This document shows, piece after piece, positions 25,051 to 38,605 of a stretch of 64,000 nucleotides of DNA. The notes beneath the pieces are model-generated. The model saw only the letters and a program-made list of their open reading frames with translations, had not been told where the DNA came from and ran no database searches. Source of the stretch: Octopus vulgaris (lineage: Eukaryota); contig OX597835.1 in assembly GCA_951406725.2 (NCBI GenBank), forward strand, positions 13,392,001 through 13,456,000. The letters are read 5' to 3'. The position numbers and the translations under genes were made by a program. The number at the start of each line of letters is the position of its first letter. Position 1 is the stretch's first letter.

Positions 25051-25854
25051 TATATAAATATATTTTTACTAAACCAAATTCAGATAATTTAATAATTACG
25101 TATATAACATAAATGTGTATGATACATAAATTGTGCAAAACCACATTAAAATGCAAATCCGAAGCTGAAGAAAACAGAAACATGAGTGAAAAAAAGAAAA
25201 TATAAAGGGAGAAAAAGGAGAAAAAAGGGGGAAAAAGAAAGAAAAAGATGTCAATTCAACACTAAGTGCATCAATTGGTCACACATCACATGGTTCAATG
25301 GCACAATATTGACTTGTAAACCTTTAATATATATGATGGTATATTATGGTTGCAAAAGCAAAATATTGTGTTCTTGATAGCAATTAATACACACACACAC
25401 ACATACACATACACACACACATGTATATTGTGTGTGTGAGAGAGAGAGAGAGAGTGTGTGTGTATGAGAGAGAGAGAGTGAGAGAATGGGATGATATGGT
25501 GAAGAATACCTTCCTTTCATTTGTAGTTGGTTTTGCGTTGTAAAAATTAATATCAAAGACAGGGAAGCATATTTCATCTAAATATTTCTTGTTTAAAGCA
25601 GAAATGCTAATTTAAGATATCGATAAAAGAGTTACGCTGAGTGCTTTGCCTCCGTTTAACTTAGAACACATAACAACATATTTTTTTCTTTTTTTTTATT
25701 ATTGCTTGGTTTTGAATGGTGTCGTAAACTAGCAGTATGTCATTGTATAGTGGAGAAATACACAAGAGAAGAGGCTGTGTAAACCTTTGCATGCTTTTAG
25801 CTATTAAAAGGTTTGAAAATATTTATTTTTTATGTATCTTCATATAAAAATAGA

Positions 25855-26354
25855 TTTGCTGTCAGTTCAAGAAATATTATCCATGCAACTCTAAGTCTAA
25901 AACTCCCTCTAGTGTTGAAAATTTAAACACCACCAGAAAGGGAGATAATTCCATTTCGATTGATTCATTTAGTACAAGCTTTGCTGTCAGTTCAAGAAAT
26001 ATTATCCATGCAACTCTGAGTCGAAAACTCCCTCTAGTGTTGAAAATTTAAACACCACCAGAAAGGGGGATAATTCCATTTCGATTGATTCATTTAGTAC
26101 AAGCTTTGCTTTCAGTTCAAGAAATATTATCCATGCAACTCTGAGTCGAAAACTCCCTCTAGTGTTGAAAATTTAAACACCACCAAAAAGGGAGATAATT
26201 CCATTTCGATTGATTCAGTTAGTACAAGCTTTGCTGTCAGTTCAAGAAATATTATCCATGCAACTCTGAGTCGAAAACTCCCTCTAGTGTTGAAAATTTA
26301 AACACCACCAGAAAGGGAGATAATTCCATTTGGATTGATTCATTTAGTACAAGC
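25855..26354. repeat. Tandem repeat, 125 bp x 4
   Basis: Units start at 25855, 25980, 26105 and 26230; few substitutions between them. Confidence 0.95.
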
Positions 26355-26529
26355 ATGGCTGTATGGTTAAGAAGTTTGCTTTGCAGCCGTGTGGTTTCGG
26401 GTTCAGTCCTTCTGTATGGCACCTTAAGTGTCTTCTACTGTACCTTTGGGCTGACCGATGCCTTGTGAGGAATTTGGTTGGAAACTGTACAGAAGCCTGT
26501 CATGTATATATAACTGGCATTCTGTTGGA

Positions 26530-26834
26530 TACGACGACGAGGGTTCCAGTTGATCCGATCAACAGAGCAGCACACTCGTGAAATTAACATGCATGTGGCT
26601 GAGAACTCCACAGACATGTGTACCCTTAAAGTTGTTCTCGGGGAGATTCAGCAAGACACAGAGCATGACAAGGCCGGTCCCTTTGAATTACACACATGAC
26701 TCATTTTTGCCAGCTGAGGAGACTGGAGCAACAAGAAATAAAGGGTGTCGCTCAAGGACACAATGCAGCCATGAGAATTGAACTCACAACCTTGTGATCA
26801 GGAGCCAAATACCCTAAATACTAAATCATGCACC
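26530..26834 (-). mobile_element. tRNA-derived CORE-like SINE (family F)
   Basis: Reverse complement has gtgagttcaattc B box and gtgtccttgagcga...ttgctccagtc; relatives at ~30610-30765, 47550-47690 and 52500-52590. Confidence 0.7.
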
Positions 26835-27182
26835 ATCATGATGTGTGTGTATGGTGGTGGTGGTGGGGGTCCATTTATGTTTGTGTCTTGCCACTTGGCA
26901 AGTGGTGTAGGTTTGTTTACATCCCTATAACTTAACAGTTGAGCACAAAGAGATTTGATACAGTAAATATGAGACTTTAAAATAATTACTAGGGTTGATT
27001 TGCTCAGTGGATACCCTTTGAAACAATACTCCAGCATGGGCACAGTCCTGTGACCAAATTAGGTCAAACAATAAAAGAATGGAAGTTTCAGAAAATACAA
27101 TATTCTCATATTTTGGAATGGTCATTTTTTTTTTTACCTTCTTGCCAAATAAACACACACACTGTATATTTGTTCTTCATTC

Positions 27183-27240
<58 letters not shown>

Positions 27241-28324
27241 GTTATTCTTATTTTCTCTTCTGTCCATTGTCTGGAAATCTTTTGTCACACACTTGTGACC
27301 TCTTCACTGACTCTTCCATCCATGTGTTTCCTCCTGTTCTGTTCAGTCCATTCTCTGAGAATGGAAGAATCACTGACGAAAGATTTCTACTCAATGGACA
27401 TAAGATATAATAACTACAATAATAAACCAGGGAAGAACATATATACAATGTGTGTGTTTAATTGGCATATATATATATGTATGTATGTGTGTGTGTATAT
27501 GTTTGTGTGTCTGTGTTTGTCCCCCCAACATCACTTGACAACTGATGCTGGTGTGTTTACATTCCTATAACTTAGTGGTTCTGCAAAAGAGACTGATAGA
27601 ATAAGTACTAGGCTTACAAAGAATAAGTGTTGGGGTTGATTAGCTCGACTAAAGGTGGTGCTCCAGCATGGCCACAGTCAGATGACTGAAACAAATAAAA
27701 GAGTAAAAGAATATATATAAACATTTGTGTGTGTGTGTGTGTGTGTGTAATGTAGGGACTGTTGAGTAGCCATCTGTATTCTCTGCAACAAGTAACCCCT
27801 TCTTGTCCTATCATACTTTAACCTATCAACATCTAGCCTAAAGCCGTCTCTGTTATACTCGCACTCACACACAGAATGTTTTTGGCCTTGCAAGTTATAT
27901 GGTGACCCCACTGGTGTTGGTGCCATGACAAAACCTGCCCATACATTCTGTAAACAGGTTGATGTCAGGGACCGAATCCAGCTGAAGAAAATCATGCCAA
28001 AGCAGACATTAGAGCTCAACACAGTGTCCAGTGACTCCCTGGGTCCTCTCGGATGCTCAAGCCCCTACCTGATCAGAAGACAGGCATTAAATGATGATGA
28101 GACATACACTTATACATATTATACATATATAAATGGACAGGAGGGGTATAATGTTTCTATGTGCATGCTTACATTTTCACTTCTCTGAAAACCATGGAGC
28201 TGCAAGTGATGATATTGTTGTCGTTTCCCCTGTTGACAAATTATCTGCTGATTTTGATCCTCTGAAGCTATGATCTTTTACTTGAAAAATTAGTAAGGGT
28301 TAGTGACAGAAAGGGCATCCAGCT

Positions 28325-28726
28325 GTAAAACAATACCTCAGTAATATATATTCATCTAACCCATGCTGGTATGAAAAAATGAACATAAAACAATTGATGA
28401 ACTACATGAATTCAGAATAGCCAAAGGTTAGGGGTACATGTTCTGTGAGGTGAAGACAACTATCTCTGAAACAGATCTGTAAAAGAATTTCGAATTATTT
28501 TTCTGTTTACTGTAGCTATCTCTGTAGTAAAACAATACCTCAGTAATATATATTCATCTAACCCATGCTGGCATGAAAAAATGAACATAAAACAATTGAT
28601 GAACTACATAAATTCAGAATAGCCAAAGATTAATGGTACATGTTCTGGGAGAAGACAACTATCTCTGAAACAGATCTGTAAAAGAATTTCAAATTATTTT
28701 CCTGTTTGCTGTAGCTATCTCTGTAG
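28325..28726. repeat. Tandem duplication, ~200 bp x 2
   Basis: gtaaaacaatacctcag...ctatctctgtag starts at 28325 and again at 28527. Confidence 0.9.
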
Positions 28727-30043
28727 TCTTTCGTATTGTCTGCAATCTCTCCACAATGAAGACTTTCAAATAAATAATGGCACATTTCTTAATTTCTTAT
28801 TTGGTTTTGTCGGTGACAGCATCATGAAAGCAACTTCTGATGTCCAGTGTCATGTGTCACGTTTTTAGCATGAAAACACTGAAGAGATATTGTAATCATA
28901 CTTTTGTACGACTCGGAGGAAATCTATTTGTACAAGCAAGTATAATATTTATGTGACCGATCGACCAGAAAACTCGGCTCTTTGATTCATCAACAGAACT
29001 ATTTCCTGTTGTAAAGCAGGCATCTCACCTATTGTACTATGTCTCTCTTTGTTCCTATTGTCACTAAAATTACATCACTTGGTTGTGTCGCTCTTTACGA
29101 AGGCAAATCATCGTAAATACTTCAACACCGTAAACAGTCGGTTTTTAACATCGGTCAACAAATCTTATTGGCTAAATGCCCAGAATCTGAAGAAGGAAAC
29201 AATGATGGTGGTCTGCATCAGTAAAAATTAGTCAATAACGGAGTTCCGTAACTCTAATTGCTCTCTGTTCGTTATTCCTTACTCTCCGAAACAAAACAAA
29301 GAACACGAGAGTTTGGTATCTTATTTATTGTAAACGAAATAAAAGCGAAAAGAATTGTTTAAAAATGAACGATGAGATGAGGATTGTTTCAGTGTTTTGC
29401 TTCACTATCAAACTAACTTGACAAACAATCCACAATTCAGACTAAAGAGATTCTACTCAGAGCTAATCTGAGCTATCTAGGATAACCCATAGCCCATACA
29501 TACAGGTATGGGTACATACCCATAATAAAACATATACATATACATATGAGTGCATATACTCATACTCCTATACATATAAATATACATAATGATATAAATA
29601 ATATAAATCAATAAACATACATATGTTCCACATTCAAGGTTACAGTTTTTCAACTTAATATTGTGATAATTACAATGTAGAAAAACATACACATATTAAT
29701 ACCTAAATGCAGATATACAGAGTCAAGAGTACATTATATTAATTCTTATTAATTTCCAAAATGTCATTAATGTTAGCATCATTATCTTTGTCATTACCAC
29801 TAATGCTACCAATATCATCATTCATATTATTATTAATAACGCTAATACTAGAAAAACAATATATAGATTCCATTATTATCAATATAGTCACAATAGTAAC
29901 ACTCCTTTATGTACACTGTTTTGTTCTACAGCATTATGTTTGACCTTAAAGTTTCTTATGCGGTGGTTTAATAAAGTATGTGATTGAGTATTATCTGGTA
30001 ATTGATATTTGATTTCGATGTATTTCTCCATTTTCTTATTTTC

Positions 30044-30095
<52 letters not shown>

Positions 30096-30143
30096 CTATA
30101 TAAATGTATCTATATATGTGTGTATATGTATATATATATATAA

Positions 30144-30500
30144 AAGCAGCATCCGTTCGTGTCCGTTGCCAGCCTCACCTGGCCCCCGTGCCGGTAGCAC
30201 GTAAAAGCACCATCCGTTCGTGTCCGTTGCCAGCCTCGCCTGGCCCCCGTGCCAGTAGCACGTAAAAGCACCATCCGTTCGTGGCCATTTGCCAGCTTTG
30301 TCTGGCACCTGTGCAGGTGGCACGTAAAAAGCACCCACTACACTCACGGAGTGGTTGGCGTTAGGAAGGGCATCCAGCCGTAGAAACACTGCCAAACCTG
30401 ACTGGGCCTGATGAAGCCTCCCGGCTTCACAGACCCCAGTTAAACTGTCCAAGCCATGCTAGCATGGAAAACGGACGCTAAATGATGATGATGATGATGA
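30144..30500 (+). mobile_element. Family D element
   Basis: About 3 monomers of 61-62 bp, body and (GAT)n tail. Confidence 0.85.
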
Positions 30501-30569
30501 TGTATGTATCTCTATAAATGTATCTATATAAACGTATATATATATATGCATGTATCTATATATATATAG

Positions 30570-30609
<40 letters not shown>

Positions 30610-30838
30610 CAGGATAACTCACTTTTGCCAGTAGGGTGTAGACTGGAGTAATGTGAAATGAAGTATTTTGGTCATGTCACCCCACACACCACCCAGTCCA
30701 GGCATCAAAACCACAATCTTACAACCAAAAGTGTAATGCCCTAACCATTATGCCATGCATCTCCACACAAACACACACCTACATACACAAAAATTCTGTA
30801 TATTTTTCCTATATATATACATGTGCGTATGCGTGCGT

Positions 30839-30877
<39 letters not shown>

Positions 30878-31139
30878 GTGTGTGTGTGTGTTTATGTCTG
30901 TATGCGTTTTGAAAAGCGAAGGACAATGTTTGTCTTTCTCAGACTATTCAAATATTGTTTCATCCTTCAACCGTTTCGATGGTATTTCTTCAATAAACAC
31001 ACTGCTGTCTTCCAGTCAACTCTGATGGCACACAACCTTAACTTCTGTCTCCTGACCTTGTCTCCTCTTCCTTCTCCCCCCCACCTCCACCAGCTCCCCT
31101 CCTCCTTATTCTCATTGCCTACAGACAACACACAATACT

Positions 31140-31150
31140 CATATATATAC

Positions 31151-31191
<41 letters not shown>

Positions 31192-31316
31192 TACACATAC
31201 TCATTTATACTCAGATATGTGTATATGTGTATGTCTGTGTGTATATATATAAATATATATATATACACACACACACCAAGATACATGCATACACTTATAT
31301 TCACACAGATCTGTAT

Positions 31317-31365
<49 letters not shown>

Positions 31366-31524
31366 TAGATAGATAGATAGAAAGATATAGACATACACAA
31401 ACACACACACTCACATATACAAATACTCAGATACAGAAACACACATATATAAGCATTTTGATATATGTGTATATATATATATATATATAAAATTTATATC
31501 GTGTGTAGTTTGTATGTCTGTTTA

Positions 31525-31555
<31 letters not shown>

Positions 31556-31580
31556 GTATGTATGTACATACATATGTGTA

Positions 31581-31639
<59 letters not shown>

Positions 31640-31710
31640 ATGTATGTATGTGTGTGTGTATATATGTATATATATATATTCATACACAAAAATATGTACA
31701 CACACACACA
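31140..31710. repeat. Compound (TA/CA/TG)n microsatellite field
   Basis: Direct reading. Confidence 0.9.
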
Positions 31711-32339
31711 CCCACTACTCAACTTGCTTTCCGTCTCCAATTTCTGTCAGATCTGTTCTGCAAGCTTCTAAGACAAAGCGACACATTCTTGCCTTGCAAG
31801 AAACGACAGCTGACCGGTGCAGTCTAGCTTGATTGTTTTGAAAAGCCAGATGACCAGAACCATAGACTTGAAACCCCAGTCTACCTTGTCAGAATACCTG
31901 TTTACAAGCTAGATAAACAGCATTTATCCCTAGGATAGACTACTTGTGTCTTTCAATAAACCATTTGTTTAACTTTGTTTGTGTTTTCTCTTCATGTCTA
32001 ATAACATTGTCGGACATGTTGGTCGGCTGAAGTTTCTGTCAAACAAAGCCTGTTTAAAACATCAGAGTCACTTTGAAAATATATATAATGAATTCTTTGT
32101 GAAGTAATTAATTTTAATTTCTCTGTAATTAATTACTTTATAAAATAATAGCTTCATAATATTCACCTAATCTTTCTGCTTTTTTTTTTTTGTTTATTTC
32201 TCGCTCCCCTCACACTCTTATGTAACATTCCCCCCTCTACACCCCTCCATACCGTTTATATTCACTCCAACTGTACCTTGTTGGAATGTCCCAATACATC
32301 TCCACTACCATTTATTCCTCCCTCTCTTTCTTTCTTTCT

Positions 32340-32735
32340 GTCACTTGTTTCAGTCATTTGACTGCGGCCATGCTGGAGTACCGCCTTTAGTCGAGCAAAT
32401 CGACCCTGGGACTTATTCTTTGTAAGCCCAGTACTTATTCTATCGGTCTCTTTTGCCGAACCGCTAAGTGACGGGGACGTAAACACACCAGCATCGGTTG
32501 TCAAGCAATGCTAGGGGGACAAACACAGACACACAAACACATACACACACATATATATATATACATATATACGACAGGCTTCTTTCAGTTTCCGTCTACC
32601 AAATCCACTCATAAGGCATTGGTCGGCCCGGGGCTATAGCAGAAGACACGTGCCCAAGATGCCACGCAGTGGGACTGAACCCGGAACCATGTGGCTGGTT
32701 AGCAATCTACTTACCACACAGCCACTCCTGCGCCT
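32340..32735 (-). mobile_element. Young full-length SINE family A
   Basis: CpGs intact; near identical to 34541-34960. Confidence 0.92.
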
Positions 32736-33769
32736 ATGTCTCTGTCTCTGTCTCTTCCTCACTCTGTCTATCTTTCTCTCTAACTCCACCTCTCTCAGTC
32801 AGAGCAAGACACCTCTTTCTATAATGACAAAATGTGAATATGGCAATGCTCCCAAAGTATAATTTGGCCCATTTCGAAAACGGACATTGATAAAAGAAGG
32901 AAGAACCAGAGTGGAAATAAATACTGGTGTTGATAGCATCAGCTAAAGCCCTGTGATGTCAGTGCTCCAGCCTGGCCACAACTGAATGACTAAACATCCC
33001 CCTCCCCCCCAAAAAAAATGAAACGAGAAAAGAATTCTTGTCACACATCTTTTGGCATTGACCAGAATTGAACCCTGATTTGAATGCCCTTCTCACAATT
33101 CAGTGTCACCCAACCATCCTACCTTCTTTGGTATGTCCCATGCCTGGTTTATCTTCTCTGGAGATCAACCACAGTCTTAACCGTTTTCCTCCAGATCTCC
33201 ACTGAAGGATAATCAAAACCTGCATGTGTATATATGTGTGTGTGTGTGTATATGTGTATGTGTATATGTGTGTGTGTGTGTTTCTACCCCAACTGCCAAT
33301 TTCCAGTGTTGTTAGCTTGTTTTAGGACAGTTTCTTTCTTTCGCCCCAGTTATTCCAATTTCAGTTTGTTGACACGGCAACAGATAACTGAATTGAGTAA
33401 ACGGAACCTTCTGTTGTAAACGAACATATCGGTATCTGCTGCCATCACGGCATCAGGTTCTTATCAGATATTCCTTATTCCAGTCAAAGAAAGATAAGCA
33501 CTGCTGAGTCGTACACATACTTTTGATTCTCATGATTCGCTGAAGGGTTAACAGTTAAGCCAACAGCAGTGGCAGTTGTAGTAGCAGTGATGGCAGTGGT
33601 GGTGGTGTTGCCAGTGGTGATCCTTTCAGTGGTGATGGTGGTGACATAATTCTAGGTTCAATCCTTCTCCATGGCACTTTGGGCAAATGTCTTCTAACTT
33701 TGGGCCAATCAAATCCTTGTGAGTAAATTTGGTTGACAGAAACTGAAAGAAGCCTGTTGTGTGTATGTA

Positions 33770-33803
<34 letters not shown>

Positions 33804-34540
33804 GTGTGTGTGTGTTAGTGTCTCCTGACCTTGATGTTACACGGTAGTCGTAAGTGAGTGCCACCGCCATGCATGCAGTGTACTTTGTTTCCAGTCTTCA
33901 GTGAAAATATGTCAGATCATGGGGGGAATAATTGCCTTACTTGGAAACAGACGAGGGTTGGTAACAGGGAGGGCATCCAGCTGTAGAAAATCTGCCTCAA
34001 CGCACTTTGTCCAACCCATAACAAGCATGGAAAAGTGGACATTAAAACGATGATGATGCTGATATATTGATGCAAGTAAACACAAGAAATTGTCTGCAGA
34101 CTTGTATATTTTAAGAAGATGCAAAATAAAGTGCTACGTAAAACACTTACCTTGTTACGGTAGCTAATAGCGCCGACCGAAATGGTTGTTTGTGTCAAGT
34201 GCTGATGATGAAATTTTCAATAATTGATGATTGGAAAATGTTCAGAAATGGTTTGTTTAATGTTTTTGCACGATTATACAGAAGATATTTCCAGAAGTTT
34301 TCGCCATTCCATTCGGCTTTGAATTAATTTCTTTCTTGGTCCAGACTGATCCAAAGAACAGTTCTATGTGTCGTTTCGGCCGAGTTATAAAATATTGAGA
34401 TCATTGTTATACAGAACTACTACTACTACTGCTGCTGCTACTACTTACTACTACTACTACTACCACCACCAAGCAATGCTAGGGGGACAAACACAGACAC
34501 ACAAACACACACACACACATACATATATATATACATATAT

Positions 34541-34960
34541 ACTCTTTTACTCTTTTACTCTCTTTTACTTGTTTCAGTCATTTGACTGCGGCCATGCTGG
34601 AGCACCGCCTTTTAGTCGAGCAAATCGACCCCCGGGACTTATTCTTTGTAAGCCCAGTACTTATTCTATCGGTCTCTTTTGCCGAACCGCTAAGTGGCGG
34701 GGACGTAGACACACCAGCATCGGTTGTCAAGCAATGCTAGGGGAACAAACACAGACACACAAACACACACACATACATATATATATATACATATATACGA
34801 CAGGCTTCTTTCAGTTTCCGTCTACCAAATCCACTCACAAGGCATTGGTCGGCCCGGGGCTATAGCAGAAGACACTTGCCCAAGATGCTACGCAGTGGGA
34901 CTGAACCCGGAACCGGGTGGTTGGTTAGCAAGCTACTTACCACACAGCCACTCCTGCGCC
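34541..34960 (-). mobile_element. Young full-length SINE family A
   Basis: Tail of (ctctttta) units; extra internal fragment at ~34470-34540. Confidence 0.92.
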
Positions 34961-35653
34961 TTACAAAGAAGAAATAATAATGCTTTATGTTGTACAATTT
35001 TTCTTTTTCCTGTCAAAAATCATGCGTGGAATGACTGTTTAATTTTTATTATTTATTTATTACAATATTAATTGCACTATTAATTGCAACAGTCACGTAC
35101 CGGGTGGACAGGTGGGTGATTTAACTGACTGTCCCCCATTAAGCTCCTATATTTCTGGTTTTGTATCTACGGTCATAAATTATTTATTGCAACATTATTT
35201 CAGACAACTAACCTTTTGTGCGTGCATTAATTGCCTTCATGCTACGATAGCAAAATAACGTGTGCACATGCGCTCAGCTTAAACAGCACAATGCAGGCAA
35301 ATATGAGGGGAGGGGATCTCTCCCTCTCTCTCTCTTTCTCTCTCTCTCTCTTTCTCTCTCACTCTCTCTCTCTCTCTCTCACGTGCAGTTGGCCGTATGG
35401 TACTATGAAAGAATTTTAGGAGATCACTGACATTAACTCTTATCTTGAAGAAATGGAAGAGGAATAACTAAGCTCTACCAGCACCCCCTTTTTTATGCTA
35501 CAAAAACCCTTCCAAAGAAAACAAATATGGCAGGAATGAACAGATGGCGGTGGGCTGTTATAGCATGGAATGGTTCAACGCTTTGGTTTCCATCTTTCTG
35601 TTGAAATACACAGACATTGTCTCAGCTAATTTTTTAAAAATAATGAAGTATAT

Positions 35654-36050
35654 AGATGCAGGTGTAGCTGTGTGGTAAGTAGCTTGCTTACCAACCATAT
35701 GGTTCTGGGTTCAGTCCCACTGCATGGCACCTTAGGCAAGTGTCTTCTACTATAGCCTCGGGCCAACCAAAGCCTTGTGAATGGATTTGGTTGACGGAAA
35801 CTGAAAGAAGCCCGTCATATGTATGTACATGTATATATATGTTTGTGTGTCTATGTTTGTCACCCCAACATTGCTTGACAACCGATGCTGGTGTCTTTAC
35901 ATTCCCGTAACTTAGTGGTTCGGCAAAAGAGACCGATAGAATAAGTACTAGGCTTACAAAAAAATAACTCCTGGGGGGGGGTCGATTTGCTTGACTAAAA
36001 GGCGGTGCTCCAGCATGGCCACACCAAATGGCTGAAACAAGTGAAAGAGT
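35654..36050 (+). mobile_element. SINE family A, full length
   Basis: Colinear with other family A copies. Confidence 0.9.
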
Positions 36051-36319
36051 ATTTAATAAAATTAAATTATCACTATAACACTGCTATTTAAAACGTATGT
36101 TAGCTTGTAACTTTGAAGAAAGTCTTTAATGCAGATCACTTGAATAGTTTTGTTTCCATTTGTAGTTCGTAAGCAAGCTACTTACCACACAGCCACTCCT
36201 ACACCTAGACATAAAAGCGAAAAACAAAATTGAAACAAAAAAAATAATGGTACCAGTGCTACTGTGGCGGGTTCTGTGGAATCTTGTCTTTTTGATAAAA
36301 TTATTCCATTTCAGTTCTA

Positions 36320-36703
36320 TCTCTCTATATATAAACGGCAGTTTGTCTGTGCGTGTTTCTGTGTGTCTGTTTGCTTGTACCCTCACCCTGAACACGGCTT
36401 TCAACCGATTCTGATGAAACTTGACACACACATAGCCCAATGTCATAATTCAAAACTAACGCAGCGAAAATTTTGAAAAGTTCCCCCAGTTCTGAAAAAA
36501 ATCGATAAATTCGATATGGGGTCGAGAATCAGAAACACGAACCACAAACTGTCTAGGGGACGCAACTCCACCTTTTTTAAATCTCAAAAAAATTTACCAT
36601 CATTTTTTTTCCATTTTTTTGCTATTTTTTGGCTATAACTCTCTAAAGATGCTTTATAGTTATTTCCCTTACAAACCTGAGCAACGCCGGGCGATACTGC
36701 TAG
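36320..36703 (+). mobile_element. Non-autonomous Helitron (384 bp)
   Basis: A|TCtctctatatataaa 5' end, GTCT-like tract, accgattctgatgaaactt motif, subterminal hairpin cctgagcaacgccggg, CTAG|T 3' end; no TSD. Confidence 0.85.
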
Positions 36704-36744
36704 TTTGACATAAATATTTTGAAAATTCTGTCTTATATTTAATT

Positions 36745-36781
36745 CCTTCATGTTATGATTCTGTTCTATTTCCAGGTAAGT
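36745..36781 (+). promoter_or_regulatory. Candidate recursive splice site (polyY-CAG|GTAAGT)
   Basis: ttctgttctatttccAG|GTAAGT; junction 36775|36776; consensus acceptor fused to a perfect donor. Confidence 0.5.
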
Positions 36782-37110
36782 TGACTCTTCATGCAAATGA
36801 TTCCTGCCAGAAGAATCACCAATTCTTGGTAAACCATAATTACTTTTCATTTACCGTTCATTAATGAGCTTTGGGGTTATTTGTAATTATTTTGTATCAA
36901 ATTATATTTCTTGTTTATTTATTTGCATGTTTTTAGTTTTTGCTTGTTTGTTTTTATTTTTCTAATTATGTTTATGTGTGTATATATGTGTGCTTGCATC
37001 CATTGTGCTTATGAATGTGTGTGTTTGTGTGTGTGTGTTTGCGTGTGCACACGCAATGGTATTTGTTATCCATGAATATATGTTTGTAAATTTGTTTACT
37101 ATTGTATACA

Positions 37111-37178
37111 CTACTATAGCCTTAGGCCGACCAAAGCCTTGTGAGTGGATTTGGTAGATGGAAACTGAAAGAAGCCCG

Positions 37179-37215
<37 letters not shown>

Positions 37216-37860
37216 TAGATACAAATATAGATATATATATATAAGAGTGGCTGTGTGGTAAGAAGCTTGCTTCCCAACCACATGGTTCTGGGATCAGTCC
37301 CACTGTGTGGCACCTTGGGCAAGTGTCTTCTACTATAGCCTCAGGCCGACCAAAGCCTTGTGAGTGGATTTGGTAGATGGAAACTGAAAGAAGCCCGTCA
37401 TATATATATATATAGATAGATAGATAGATACAAATATAGATATATATATAAGAGTGGCTGTGTGGTAAGAAGCTTGCTTCCCAACCACATGGTTCTGGGA
37501 TCAGTCCCACTGTGTGGCACCTTGGGCAAGTGTCTTCTACTATAGCCTCAGGCCGACCAAAGCCTTGTGAGTGGATTTGGTAGATGGAAACTGAAAGAAG
37601 CCCGTCATATATATATATAGATAGATAGATAGATACAAATATAGATATATATATATAAGAGTGGCTGTGTGGTAAGAAGCTTGCTTCCCAACCACATGGT
37701 TCTGGGATCAGTCCCACTGTGTGGCACCTTGGGCAAGTGTCTTCTACTATAGCCTCAGGCCGACCAAAGCCTTGTGAGTGGATTTGGTAGATGGAAACTG
37801 AAAGAAGCCCGTCATATATATATATAGATAGATAGATAGATACAAATATAGATATATATA
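37111..37860 (+). repeat. Tandem array of family A 5' half plus microsatellite, 207-bp period (~3.6 copies)
   Basis: Units start at 37244, 37451 and 37658; all share the variant gggAtcagtccc. Confidence 0.93.
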
Positions 37861-38011
37861 TGTTTGTGTGTCTATGTTTGTCACCCCAACATTGCTATAG
37901 ATAGATAGATATAGATATATATATAAGTGTCTTCTACTATAGCCTTAGGTAGACCAAACCCTTGTGAGTGGATTTGGTAGAAGGAAACTGAAAGAAGGCC
38001 TTCGTATATAT

Positions 38012-38169
38012 GTATCAGCTGAAATTGCGAGGATAATCTGGTGCTTGACTGAGGATAGAGGGCTTCGACTAACCCGTCCTTGTTTTCTCTGTATCGTCTA
38101 TCTGGATGTTTTGTTGTCCCTTTTGTATCACCCAGCCATCTGGATGTTTTGCGTTCTTGTCCCATTTTG

Positions 38170-38175
<6 letters not shown>
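38012..38175 (+). mobile_element. Family G fragment nested in a family A copy's (TA)n
   Basis: Matches both arms of 40542-40853. Confidence 0.75.
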
Positions 38176-38215
<40 letters not shown>

Positions 38216-38605
38216 GTGTGTGTATACATTTGTGTGTCTGTGTTTGTCCCCCCACCATCGCTTGACAACCGATGCTGGTGTGTTACGTCCCTGTAACTTA
38301 GCAGTTCGGCAAAAGAGACCAATAGAATAAGTACTAGGCTTACAAAGAATAAGTCTTGGGGTCGATTTGCTCGACTAAAGGTGGTGCTCTTTTGCTCTCT
38401 TTCGATGTTCAGCAAATCCTGTTGACATGTGATATCGATGGTAAATTGCCCTAAAGAAATTCATTCGTAGGGTGTTGTCTCCAGATGTCCAGAGCAGCTC
38501 AAAGCATTCTTGTAGAAGTTCCATCAATTTTCTTACCAAGCTGTTTTGTTAGAGTCCATATCCTACATCCATATAGTATAACCAACCACACAACCATGTG
38601 AAAGA

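Noticed and set aside
25855-26354. CRISPR or coding repeat
   Set aside because: Whole units are near-identical with no spacers and no open frame.
34146-34400. Minus-strand donor AAG|GTAAGT with upstream exon; similar donors near 8303 and 20914
   Set aside because: No clear acceptor or credible reading frame, and such 8-mers are expected by chance.
36962-37717. 251-aa ORF with internal repeats
   Set aside because: It is the antisense frame of the 207-bp SINE array; the period is divisible by 3.
38040-38080. Hammerhead in family G (CTGAGGA here; CTGAAGA on the minus strand near 40675)
   Set aside because: No GAAA box or consistent stem II downstream.
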